The notes beneath the pieces are model-generated. The model saw only the letters and a list, made by a program, of their open reading frames with translations, made no database searches and was not told the DNA's origin. Below are positions 1 to 6,881 of a DNA stretch of 39,860 nucleotides, piece after piece (within the stretch, counting starts at the first letter, position 1; each line of letters starts with the position of its first letter). The DNA lies in the IMG/VR virus record IMGVR_UViG_3300028806_000002, positions 1 through 39,860 of that record. One strand, given 5' to 3'. This DNA comes from a virus. A program made the position numbers and the translations under genes.

Positions 1-127
1 GCATTTCAGGCGATAGCTGCACGTTACGCTTGGCACCTTCCATCTTAGTCGGAGGATGCGCAACATTAGCCATATCTGCCATATTGTTGTAGCCCATACC
101 TTTGTTCATCTCGATATTATTGCGCGC
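1..127. repeat. Terminal overlap: 1-127 is identical to 39734-39860 (closed 39,733-bp unit genome)
   Basis: Direct comparison of both window ends gives an exact 127/127 match. The length equals a common assembler k-mer, so this may be a circularisation overlap rather than a physical terminal repeat. Confidence 0.95.
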
Positions 128-202
128 TTCCCAACTTTTTGGCATTGCTGCGTAATGCTCGTCTTTTACATTTTCTACTGCGCCTTCGCGTCCGTCATCC
201 AT
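1..202 (-). CDS. Hypothetical protein, 5' part of a junction-spanning 79-aa ORF (ATG 202-200; continues at 39733 down to stop 39698-39696)
   Basis: GGGAG sits 6 nt upstream of the ATG. The frame stays open through base 1 and continues in frame when the ends are joined. It lies directly upstream of terL. Confidence 0.5.
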   Translation of the reverse strand, partial: MDDGREGAVENVKDEHYAAMPKSWEARNNIEMNKGMGYNNMADMANVAHPPTKMEGAKRNVQLSPEM

Positions 203-219
203 GATATGCTCCCAAATAT

Positions 220-1119
220 TTAACCAGATTGTATAATACTTACCCATGCCGTGGGCTGAGTGCCAATAAATATTGCGCGACTATTTATGATCATTTGAAT
301 AGCGACATTTGCACCAAGTTGATTTATAGAATTTCCGACCGCAGGGAATACGTTAAGTGCTGCCCCCCCTGCATTTTGGACAATTACCGTCTTGCCCAAC
401 ACAGTTGTTGGCAATACCACGCTATCATTAGTAGTAACAACGACTGTAACAACATTGACTCCGATGTTGAGTTGAGTTGCAGACGCTTGCCCACCACCAG
501 AATGCGCCGTTAATCCTTGCGTACTCGCATAACCGCCTGATGCAGTCGTGCGCCAATCGCTATTATCGACGCCGAGAAACTCAGCAGTTGCTTGAGGTGC
601 CAAAGGATAAGGCACGTTAATGCCAAGATTATTAATATTGTCGCCTAGGAATGGAAATATATTGAGCGAATTTGCGCCGGTATTAGTAACGATCACAGTT
701 TGTCCAACGACATTTGCAGGTAGTAAAACGCTATCACCTGCAGTCGCAACTACTGTGACGACATTTATTCCGAGATTAAGGGGATAAGCAAGAGCTTGGC
801 CACCGCCTGCGTGTGCAACTACGTTTTGTAAATTTGGGATTATAGTGGTAATCGGATTTAAACTTTGGAGATCGGGAAATACGCTAAATAAGTTAACGTA
901 TTTTGCAGCGCCTGGATTAACGCTAGCAGTGACAGGATTGATGATTGTAAGTAATACACTATCTTCGAGCGACCATTCAAATGGGCCATTATTGACGCGA
1001 TCAATATCTGAGGTCTGTAATCCAAGCCAACCAGTTGCAATTATTGCTTCAATCGCGTCATCTGTAACGATTCTGACAAGACTTGGTATTCCATAATCTC
1101 TGCTAATACTATACAACAT
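220..1119 (-). CDS. Tail fibre / receptor-binding protein paralog with an internal tandem duplication
   Basis: Part of track ORF 220..1152; the preferred start is ATG 1119 (AAGGA 8 nt upstream). The N-terminus (SLVRIVTDDAIEAIIATGW...GPFEWSLEDSVLL) parallels the N-terminus of the 1498-aa fibre. Two ~89-aa repeats begin AH(A/S)GGGQA (nt 553-819 and 244-510). Confidence 0.6.
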   Translation of the reverse strand: MLYSISRDYGIPSLVRIVTDDAIEAIIATGWLGLQTSDIDRVNNGPFEWSLEDSVLLTIINPVTASVNPGAAKYVNLFSVFPDLQSLNPITTIIPNLQNVVAHAGGGQALAYPLNLGINVVTVVATAGDSVLLPANVVGQTVIVTNTGANSLNIFPFLGDNINNLGINVPYPLAPQATAEFLGVDNSDWRTTASGGYASTQGLTAHSGGGQASATQLNIGVNVVTVVVTTNDSVVLPTTVLGKTVIVQNAGGAALNVFPAVGNSINQLGANVAIQMIINSRAIFIGTQPTAWVSIIQSG

Positions 1120-1184
1120 TTGATAATCCTTTATCAAAAATCCATACCACATTATGAGCTAGATGATATGCAAATGCAATCTCG

Positions 1185-1604
1185 CTACATGACTATGCGC
1201 ATGTCGTAATCCCTAAAATACTTATTAGCTTTTTGTGACATATACACATGATCGATATCGAGCAAATCGCAATAATGTTCGAATATCACATTATTTTCGT
1301 CAAAGAAAGTGCGCGCTTCGTATGCTATCAGTTCGGTTTGATATGATCTGCGTTTTTTCTTCAGTTTAGCGAGATTATTAAACATCGAGCATAGGATGTT
1401 AATCTTGTTGATTACATTGCGCTTATCGTCAATCACACGCTCGATTAGTCTTATTGTGATCTTGATACGTTTATTACATGCTCTGAATATTTTTGTCGCA
1501 ATATGCGGAGGCTTTGGATATCTGTGTGATCTAGCGTCCTCAATTGCTCGTGATATTATTGCTGCAATTAATGCGCGTTCTCCGGCTATATTTTGCATTA
1601 TCAT
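1185..1604 (-). CDS. Hypothetical protein
   Basis: Track ORF 1185..1664. Internal ATGs at 1604/1598 follow an AAGG motif and remove the overlap with the upstream ORF. No family recognised. Confidence 0.5.
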   Translation of the reverse strand: MIMQNIAGERALIAAIISRAIEDARSHRYPKPPHIATKIFRACNKRIKITIRLIERVIDDKRNVINKINILCSMFNNLAKLKKKRRSYQTELIAYEARTFFDENNVIFEHYCDLLDIDHVYMSQKANKYFRDYDMRIVM

Positions 1605-1618
1605 CCTTGATAACTTTT

Positions 1619-1894
1619 TTATAATATTCGCACTGTAGTCTTTAAATTTAACACAAATTCGCATTCTTTCTCGAGTATTTCGCCTCGCTTATAAAGATCA
1701 TATAATTGATCACTTAACATACTCACCAAACGATTGACGCTTGGAATTAAATAGACATTTCTAATTGTCTCTTTAATTTTATCTTCGTTAATATCTTTTA
1801 GCGTACTAAAATCTATACGATTGATGCAATTAAATCCGGGGTTTAGCAAGTATGCATCGTCATCCGCTACTATCTGTATATCAATCATTTTCAT
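1619..1894 (-). CDS. Hypothetical protein
   Basis: 91-aa ORF with a 4-nt overlap with terS, consistent with translational coupling in the late operon. Confidence 0.5.
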   Translation of the reverse strand: MKMIDIQIVADDDAYLLNPGFNCINRIDFSTLKDINEDKIKETIRNVYLIPSVNRLVSMLSDQLYDLYKRGEILEKECEFVLNLKTTVRIL

Positions 1895-2337
1895 AACTTG
1901 TCTACTATCTTTTCCAATAATGATTGCTCTGCGCCAATCTCTATTTTTTGCATGCCGTAAATTTTGGGTGCTAATTTAGACGCGTACCACTTGATATTGT
2001 CTAGCTCAATTCTAAGCCTCTGTATTGCAGCATGATTAACACAGCGTTTTCCCTCGCCGTCATCGTAAAAATCATTGATTGCAGCGCGTGCTTTGCTGAT
2101 TACTGTATTGACAAGCGGTTCGATCTGCTGCATTTTCGCGCGCGCGAACATCTCACCAAATTCTGCGTGTCTTAAACGCCATTTGTATACTGTATTAGCG
2201 ACGGGAAAATTGGGGTTTTCTTCGCATATTTCTTCGAGCATTTTTGGACTATGAGCAACTGCGTCACATATATCTTGCGCTAACTCTATAGTATACGTGC
2301 TAGGTCGTCCTACTTTTGTCATAGTCATACACTCCAT
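1891..2337 (-). CDS. terS: Terminase small subunit (HTH-type)
   Basis: The N-terminus KVGRPSTYTIELAQDICDAV...TVYKWRLRHAEFGEMFARAK and the later RIELDNIKWYASKLAPKIYG match the common phage TerS pattern GRPskYtpE...vy.W...f...ya.A. The real start is probably ATG 2328 or 2322 (GGAG upstream). Confidence 0.65.
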   Translation of the reverse strand: MECMTMTKVGRPSTYTIELAQDICDAVAHSPKMLEEICEENPNFPVANTVYKWRLRHAEFGEMFARAKMQQIEPLVNTVISKARAAINDFYDDGEGKRCVNHAAIQRLRIELDNIKWYASKLAPKIYGMQKIEIGAEQSLLEKIVDKL

Positions 2338-2389
2338 TTGTATCTAAATTATACACGCAAAAATAATTTAAATAAAGTTAAATAAATGT

Positions 2390-2419
2390 TTGACATTGAT
2401 ATTATCACAATAGTATTAT
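2390..2419 (+). promoter_or_regulatory. Candidate sigma70-type early promoter
   Basis: TTGACA (2390-2395), 18-nt spacer, TATTAT (2414-2419), in the divergent gap between terS and the first plus-strand small gene. Confidence 0.45.
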
Positions 2420-2452
2420 GCGTCATCAACTAACAAAAAAAGGTATACAAAG

Positions 2453-2614
2453 ATGATTAAATATAAATTACATAAATGTAAAAAAGGTCAAGAAGCTAAT
2501 TATCAGATTTTAGAATTTTCAGAAGGAAATTGGATTACATGCGGTGCTTACTATAAAAAGAAAGATGCAAAAGAAGATTTAAAGAAATTAATAGAAAATG
2601 AAAAATTAACTTAA
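2453..2614 (+). CDS. Small hypothetical protein (53 aa)
   Basis: Below the ORF-track cutoff. ATG is preceded by AAAGGTATACAAAG, the same leader as three downstream genes. Translation: MIKYKLHKCKKGQEANYQILEFSEGNWITCGAYYKKKDAKEDLKKLIENEKLT. Confidence 0.5.
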   Translation: MIKYKLHKCKKGQEANYQILEFSEGNWITCGAYYKKKDAKEDLKKLIENEKLT

Positions 2615-2632
2615 CTAATTGGAGATACAAAG

Positions 2633-2767
2633 ATGTATAAAGCAGTAGAAGATTATCTAGGATTTGGATTTGCCGTGATAGACGAGAGCGGAATGATCGT
2701 GGAATATGGGTATGCAACGTTGGAAGAAGCAAAAAAAGCGGCTCGCAATTTTAATGAATGCAACTAA
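2633..2767 (+). CDS. Small hypothetical protein (44 aa)
   Basis: GGAGATACAAAG leader then ATG. Translation: MYKAVEDYLGFGFAVIDESGMIVEYGYATLEEAKKAARNFNECN. Confidence 0.5.
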   Translation: MYKAVEDYLGFGFAVIDESGMIVEYGYATLEEAKKAARNFNECN

Positions 2768-2768
2768 G

Positions 2769-2812
2769 TTAATCCCCAGCTTGCATTAGCAATAGTGCAA
2801 GCGATGGATTAA
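2769..2812 (+). repeat. Intergenic structured element, copy 1 (44 nt)
   Basis: TTAATCC/GGATTAA lower stem, 3x3 internal loop, GCTTGCA/TGCAAGC upper stem, 10-nt loop. Identical to copy 3. Followed by a three-frame stop (TAACTAACTAA) and an SD. Confidence 0.7.
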
Positions 2813-2837
2813 CTTAACTAACTAAGGAGATACAAAG

Positions 2838-3272
2838 ATGATAAATTTAATCGCAAATGATAAATACAAATCACTCGGCTGCAAATGGGATTCTTCGGCA
2901 AAACAATGGGTTCCGCCAAAACTTGCAAAAAAAGAATTTGAAGAGATAAGAGATAAATTTTTTAGCGATCTAATAGTGATAGAAGTTAAATCTTTGCCGG
3001 ACAAAATGTTAAAAGGTAAAGATTGGGGGTTTATACACGTGCGAATGATCGGCGGTTATTTAGTCGCAAAAGTAAATAATAGAGACAGCGGGGCAGAAAT
3101 TTTTAAAGATATAGCTTTAATAAAAGGTAAATTTACCTCAAGTGGTTCGAGAAAAAATTATTTTTGCGATCACGACGAGGTAATCTTGAGGCTAGAAGTT
3201 TCGAAAGGCTCGATAGAATACATAGATAAGGAAGTTGCCGAAGGAATTTACACGTATGAAATAATTGGATAA
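2838..3272 (+). CDS. Hypothetical protein with a DUF5710-like N-terminal motif
   Basis: 144-aa ORF with leader TAAGGAGATACAAAG. The N-terminus NDKYKSLGCKWDSSAKQWVPP resembles the ak.LGArWD...K.W motif. Function unknown. Confidence 0.7.
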   Translation: MINLIANDKYKSLGCKWDSSAKQWVPPKLAKKEFEEIRDKFFSDLIVIEVKSLPDKMLKGKDWGFIHVRMIGGYLVAKVNNRDSGAEIFKDIALIKGKFTSSGSRKNYFCDHDEVILRLEVSKGSIEYIDKEVAEGIYTYEIIG

Positions 3273-3277
3273 CTAGC

Positions 3278-3321
3278 TTAATCCCCCGCGCTCATTCTCA
3301 AGAGTGAGCGACACGGATTAA
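3278..3321 (+). repeat. Intergenic structured element, copy 2 (44 nt, different upper stem)
   Basis: Same TTAATCC/GGATTAA lower stem, but the upper stem is CGCTCA/TGAGCG. Pairing is kept while the sequence changes. Confidence 0.7.
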
Positions 3322-3346
3322 ATTAAACAACTAAGGAGATACAAAG

Positions 3347-3496
3347 ATGAAAATAATCGAAGTAAAAAAGGCTATAAGAGATACATATAAACAGTACAAA
3401 AAAGGCAATATTAGCAAGCAAGAATATCTTGACGAAGTTCAAAGCTTGAGATGGCAATTTCCTCAATATTTCTACCCTGCTGAATGGAGGATATAG
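3347..3496 (+). CDS. Small hypothetical protein (49 aa)
   Basis: TAAGGAGATACAAAG leader then ATG. Translation: MKIIEVKKAIRDTYKQYKKGNISKQEYLDEVQSLRWQFPQYFYPAEWRI. Confidence 0.5.
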   Translation: MKIIEVKKAIRDTYKQYKKGNISKQEYLDEVQSLRWQFPQYFYPAEWRI

Positions 3497-3497
3497 A

Positions 3498-3541
3498 TTA
3501 ATCCCCAGCTTGCATTAGCAATAGTGCAAGCGATGGATTAA
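3498..3541 (+). repeat. Intergenic structured element, copy 3 (44 nt)
   Basis: Identical in sequence to copy 1 (2769-2812). Confidence 0.7.
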
Positions 3542-3556
3542 CTTAACTAAGAGGTA

Positions 3557-3796
3557 ATGAAAATGTTTAATATCAGCACACAACAAGATTTTAAATTACG
3601 CGCTCCAAAAAATGATGCTTTAGAAATAGCTAAAATATTCAAAAGATTTGGAGTATTTGAAAATGTTAAAACAGTTCCCCTAAGAAATTCGTCTGATATG
3701 TACGTAATCAGTAATTATGACTTGAGAAACAGAAAAGAAGTTATAACTATACTAAATGAATTAGATACGAGATTTTTAATAAGGAGATATATTTGA
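3557..3796 (+). CDS. Hypothetical protein
   Basis: 79-aa track ORF. Leader is GAGGTAATGAAAATG; the second ATG (3563) has the better SD spacing. Confidence 0.65.
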   Translation: MKMFNISTQQDFKLRAPKNDALEIAKIFKRFGVFENVKTVPLRNSSDMYVISNYDLRNRKEVITILNELDTRFLIRRYI

Positions 3797-3960
3797 ATCA
3801 ATTTAAAGAGGGATATTTAAAAGGTGTTGAAGATGTAAAAAAATGTATAGAGAGAGTGACGATTAAGCATAGTCAACGCTGGGATAATGTAGAAGTAAGC
3901 TGGGTGTTAGAAAAAATTTACACCGAAATTTATGATTTAAAACCAACTAAGGAAAAATGA
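3793..3960 (+). CDS. Possible small protein (55 aa, TTG start)
   Basis: AGGAG lies 6 nt upstream of TTG 3793. It fills an otherwise non-coding gap, and its stop overlaps the next ATG (ATGA). The non-ATG start keeps confidence low. Confidence 0.35.
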   Translation: MNQFKEGYLKGVEDVKKCIERVTIKHSQRWDNVEVSWVLEKIYTEIYDLKPTKEK

Positions 3961-4250
3961 AAATGTATCAGACAATAACGAAGTCAATGTTACACGATGC
4001 TTTTAGAGATTACGATAGATTAGAAAATTTTAGTTACGAAGGGAGGGAAGCTCTATTCGATTTTATTGAAGACTGTTACCAGGATGAAAACGAAATAGAG
4101 TTAGATGTTATTTCTCTCTGCGTTGATTATTCGCAGGACAAAATAGAAAATGTTTTGAAAAATTACAAATTATCTTCGCTGGAAGAATTGGAAGAAAAGA
4201 CGGTTGTGGTTTGGTCAAACGAAGAAGAAGTTTTGTATCTTAATTATTGA
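3957..4250 (+). CDS. Acidic hypothetical protein (97 aa)
   Basis: Track ORF. Very D/E-rich (FDFIEDCYQDENEIELDVISLCVDYSQD...). Leader is GGAAAAATGAAAATG. Confidence 0.7.
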   Translation: MKMYQTITKSMLHDAFRDYDRLENFSYEGREALFDFIEDCYQDENEIELDVISLCVDYSQDKIENVLKNYKLSSLEELEEKTVVVWSNEEEVLYLNY

Positions 4251-4256
4251 GGAAAA

Positions 4257-4421
4257 ATGAAAATGAATTTAAAAAATGTATCTTTAAATGAAAAAAATTC
4301 TTTGTACTTCGAAGAATATAAAAAAGATATTCATAAAATTCTCTCTTATTTAAAAATTGATGAATTGATTGAAGTAAAACTAATGGTTGATCAAATGCTA
4401 GAAAATGCGAATTCAAATTAA
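4257..4421 (+). CDS. Small hypothetical protein (54 aa)
   Basis: Same GGAAAAATGAAAATG leader as the previous gene. Open frame runs to TAA 4419-4421. Confidence 0.5.
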   Translation: MKMNLKNVSLNEKNSLYFEEYKKDIHKILSYLKIDELIEVKLMVDQMLENANSN

Positions 4422-4438
4422 CATGAGAAGAATAGCGA

Positions 4439-4582
4439 ATGAATCAAATATTTATAAAGGTTACAACCAAAAAAGAAGCTCGAAGGTTTGCACCTTGGGC
4501 TTATAAAATTGTTAAAGTGTTTGATATGTGGGTAGCATTTCAAACAAAAGAAGATTACATGATTTGGAAAAAACAGAAATAA
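4439..4582 (+). CDS. Small hypothetical protein (47 aa)
   Basis: Translation: MNQIFIKVTTKKEARRFAPWAYKIVKVFDMWVAFQTKEDYMIWKKQK. Followed by the AACTTAACTAAGGA cassette. Confidence 0.45.
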   Translation: MNQIFIKVTTKKEARRFAPWAYKIVKVFDMWVAFQTKEDYMIWKKQK

Positions 4583-4604
4583 CTTAACTAAGGAACCTAC
4601 GAGA

Positions 4605-4763
4605 ATGTATACAATAGACAAAGCAAAAGAAATAGTATTACAGGAAATTAATTCTCTTAAAAATATGATTAATTCTAACTCAAATGACTTAGATTTTGAA
4701 ATGGGTGAATTATATTCTTGCAAATGGTTTTTAATGTTGCTTAATCGTCTGGAAAAGGAATAA
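4605..4763 (+). CDS. Small hypothetical protein (52 aa)
   Basis: TAAGGAAC SD upstream. Translation: MYTIDKAKEIVLQEINSLKNMINSNSNDLDFEMGELYSCKWFLMLLNRLEKE. Confidence 0.45.
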   Translation: MYTIDKAKEIVLQEINSLKNMINSNSNDLDFEMGELYSCKWFLMLLNRLEKE

Positions 4764-4765
4764 AC

Positions 4766-4927
4766 ATGGCAACTACAGTTAAAATCACTAGTCTCGCGCT
4801 CACTAAGTCTGATCTTGCAATGCTCGAAGCCCTCTCTAAAAGAGAGGGCGAAAGTTATACGCAGATACTTAAGCGCGGGCTGATATTGGTGCACTACATA
4901 ACATTTTTTTCGGAGAAAAAGAAATGA
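4766..4927 (+). CDS. Small protein, possible ribbon-helix-helix fold (53 aa)
   Basis: MATTVKITSLALTKSDLAMLEALSKREGESYTQILKRGLIL has a strand-helix-helix pattern. It sits near the 3' end of the small-gene operon, and its stop overlaps the next ATG. Confidence 0.45.
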   Translation: MATTVKITSLALTKSDLAMLEALSKREGESYTQILKRGLILVHYITFFSEKKK

Positions 4928-5145
4928 CAGAATCAGAAAAAATTGCGATTACAAAATATGATTTATATTATGAATCTCGCATGACAAAAGTTGAAGCGAC
5001 TACAGAAGCTTTAAAAAATGACATTTTAGAAATCAAGTCTAACATAAAAGAAATTCGCTCTGATCTAAAATGGATGTTAGGAGTTATGGGCTCGGTTGGA
5101 ATGATAATTGTGGGATTAATGGCTCACGGCTTCAAATGGTTTTAA
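4924..5145 (+). CDS. XhlA-like coiled-coil protein with a C-terminal TM helix (lysis-associated?)
   Basis: 73-aa protein with a coiled-coil N-terminus and hydrophobic WMLGVMGSVGMIIVGLMAHGF. Convergent with the lysis genes. Confidence 0.55.
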   Translation: MTESEKIAITKYDLYYESRMTKVEATTEALKNDILEIKSNIKEIRSDLKWMLGVMGSVGMIIVGLMAHGFKWF

Positions 5146-5459
5146 CTTTTCTCAGTCTGCCATTTGAGCTTAACGCTTATCTCTGCCTCTGCTAGATTCC
5201 CGATCGAGTCTAGCGTAGTGCAGAGCCAATCGCCGTGCTCGTGCTCGATACTTTCGAGCTTGGTTTGTGAATCAGGGTCGCTAATAATGTTGTTAACAAG
5301 CTCAGATAAATTTTGCGGATTTGCGTTAAATGCTTTGGCTAAAATTGGCAGGATATAACCTGTGGCGAAGCCTATCGGGCCACCCAACGCGGTTCCGATG
5401 CTAGGCGCAAATTTGCTTATAATTGGGAGTGCATCGTTGAATATTGCGCTGATTTTCAT
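5142..5459 (-). CDS. Putative holin-like membrane protein
   Basis: 105 aa. Gly-rich hydrophobic N-terminus (APSIGTALGGPIGFATGYILPILAKAF) directly downstream of the endolysin. Confidence 0.5.
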   Translation of the reverse strand: MKISAIFNDALPIISKFAPSIGTALGGPIGFATGYILPILAKAFNANPQNLSELVNNIISDPDSQTKLESIEHEHGDWLCTTLDSIGNLAEAEISVKLKWQTEKS

Positions 5460-5471
5460 AAATAATTCATC

Positions 5472-5882
5472 CTAAATTATTAACTCAAAGTGTACTAAAT
5501 CATTAAATGATTGCTTGGGTAATGTTGTATGTCCTTCCCAATTTCCGCCCCAACGAATAGCGTGTGTCATTTTATTTTCCTCTTTCAAACGCGACGCCAC
5601 ACCCAAAACATAACCCGCAAACCAGTAGAATCTTTGCGTATTTTCCCAATCAATAGGATAGGGAGAAACGTCGACCGCATTTGACGGCTGAGAATTATGT
5701 TTTCCGTTTGGCCATTGTAATTTAGTGTTGCCATCTGAATAAGCATCGTTTTGAGCCTGCTCGTTTCTGAAACCTTCGATTATCGTACAGTCAAAAGTTC
5801 GCACAACTTCGTAAAATAACGTTTGCAAATCAATGTGACAAGTTGCTAGTTTGCTGAACGATTCTTGGCTGAATTTCGGCAT
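5472..5882 (-). CDS. Endolysin, peptidase M15 (VanY / L-Ala-D-Glu peptidase-like)
   Basis: Motifs GKHNSQPSNAVDVSPYP and FNDLVHFEL match the zinc-binding H..(6)..D...H signature of M15 peptidases. 136 aa with no cell-wall-binding domain. Confidence 0.8.
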   Translation of the reverse strand: MPKFSQESFSKLATCHIDLQTLFYEVVRTFDCTIIEGFRNEQAQNDAYSDGNTKLQWPNGKHNSQPSNAVDVSPYPIDWENTQRFYWFAGYVLGVASRLKEENKMTHAIRWGGNWEGHTTLPKQSFNDLVHFELII

Positions 5883-6015
5883 TTTCGACTTCCATATTGA
5901 CTAGATTTATATCAAGCGTATCACAATGGCGGTTACAAGTTATACAGCAATAATACGAGTCTGATTCAGCGCACACTAAAAAAATGTCTTTTTTGCAACA
6001 TCTGCTAACGACCAT
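5830..6015 (-). CDS. Possible small Cys-rich protein (61 aa)
   Basis: AAGGA lies 9 nt upstream of the ATG. Contains CCKKD...CAESDSYYCCITCNRHC. The 3' end overlaps the endolysin start by 53 nt. Confidence 0.4.
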   Translation of the reverse strand: MVVSRCCKKDIFLVCAESDSYYCCITCNRHCDTLDINLVNMEVENAEIQPRIVQQTSNLSH

Positions 6016-6043
6016 CTACAATATCCTTTTGTAAAATATGGTG

Positions 6044-6070
6044 AAAAAAAAGCCCGCATATCCAGCGGGC
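6044..6070 (-). terminator. Rho-independent terminator (minus strand)
   Basis: GCCCGC (7-nt loop) GCGGGC stem followed on the minus strand by T8, just downstream of the VRR-NUC gene. Confidence 0.7.
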
Positions 6071-6117
6071 GAAACGAGGAACATTAAGGAAGAGTATATT
6101 TTATGAAAATGAACATG

Positions 6118-6510
6118 TTAGGGCGGAGTATAAACATCTCTCAAATATTCTTCAATACTTTCTTTTGCTTTTATCCAATCGTCGAAATATTCGGCTTTGT
6201 AACCTTGGGTTCTAACTTTTTCCATGAAAACATACTGATTGCCTCTTGGCTTTTCGCCGGGTCGCTTAAGCTCGATAAAATAGCCGTGATATTTTCTGTT
6301 AGCAATTGGCATAAATAAATCTGATGCGCCTGCCGTTAATCCTGTACTTTTTTCGCGCATGCTCATTGCAAATGATCTCTTTGCACCATTGGGTATTGAT
6401 ATTATCAGTATACTAAGCATTCTACACCAGTTTACTAATGCTGCTTGGATTTGCCACTCTTTTGTGCAAGTAGCGTCGATCATGTTTGATTTTCTTGCCA
6501 CTTTCCGCAT
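6118..6510 (-). CDS. VRR-NUC domain nuclease
   Basis: EWQIQAALVNW...IPNG...GLTAGASDLFMPI...GYFIELKRPGEKPRGNQYVF...GY matches the VRR-NUC (PD-(D/E)XK) pattern. Start ATG 6510 follows GGAGG. Confidence 0.7.
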   Translation of the reverse strand: MRKVARKSNMIDATCTKEWQIQAALVNWCRMLSILIISIPNGAKRSFAMSMREKSTGLTAGASDLFMPIANRKYHGYFIELKRPGEKPRGNQYVFMEKVRTQGYKAEYFDDWIKAKESIEEYLRDVYTPP

Positions 6511-6607
6511 CACTACCTCCATGTAGTTTTTTCAGATATTCTAAATATTTAACTCGGTTCTTTTTGCATTTCATACGCCAACGGTAGTCCTTTTCATATT
6601 GTTCCAT
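6422..6607 (-). CDS. Possible small basic protein overlapping the VRR-NUC start
   Basis: GGAG lies 9 nt upstream of ATG 6607, but the last ~89 nt overlap the next gene in another frame. Confidence 0.3.
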   Translation of the reverse strand: MEQYEKDYRWRMKCKKNRVKYLEYLKKLHGGSDAESGKKIKHDRRYLHKRVANPSSISKLV

Positions 6608-6635
6608 TTATGTACACTCCATGTTCCACGTAGAA

Positions 6636-6848
6636 CTATTCCATGTTCAATATCCGGCTTATGTGTTCACATCTTGATCTAAATTCTTGTCTTTCAGTCT
6701 GCAAAAAGCATTCTTTCCATTCTCTGTCATCTGAGTAAATTATTATTTTATACCCATTTTCGACACTATCAAACTTCACCCACTTGATAATTTCCGTTCG
6801 CACTAAAAATTTACCTGATTCCGTGGTAACTTCTAAAAATTTCATCAA
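6636..6848 (-). CDS. Hypothetical protein
   Basis: 70-aa track ORF in the operon orientation. Confidence 0.55.
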   Translation of the reverse strand: MMKFLEVTTESGKFLVRTEIIKWVKFDSVENGYKIIIYSDDREWKECFLQTERQEFRSRCEHISRILNME

Positions 6849-6881
6849 ACCTCCAAATTTGCGTTTTAAGCGATTATTTTC

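Noticed and set aside
3278-3321. Resemblance of early-operon hairpin copy 2 (AATCCCCCGCGCTC...GAGCGACAC) to the I-C repeat complement (AATCCACGCGCTC...GAGCGCGAC)
   Set aside because: The shared strings are short and indel-interrupted, and lie in the antisense orientation relative to transcription. The other two copies have an unrelated stem. Treated as coincidence, although a repeat-database search would settle it.
4418-4894. Track ORF, 158 aa (-)
   Set aside because: It runs antisense across four short plus-strand genes that each have an SD and start codon and are coupled to one another. Its product is hydrophobic low-complexity typical of AT-rich antisense frames.
6010-6030. TTGTAGAT 8-mer (minus strand), the 3' end of Cas12a-type repeats
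   Set aside because: Only 8 nt match and the preceding stem (TCTAC) is absent. This is expected by chance in 40 kb.
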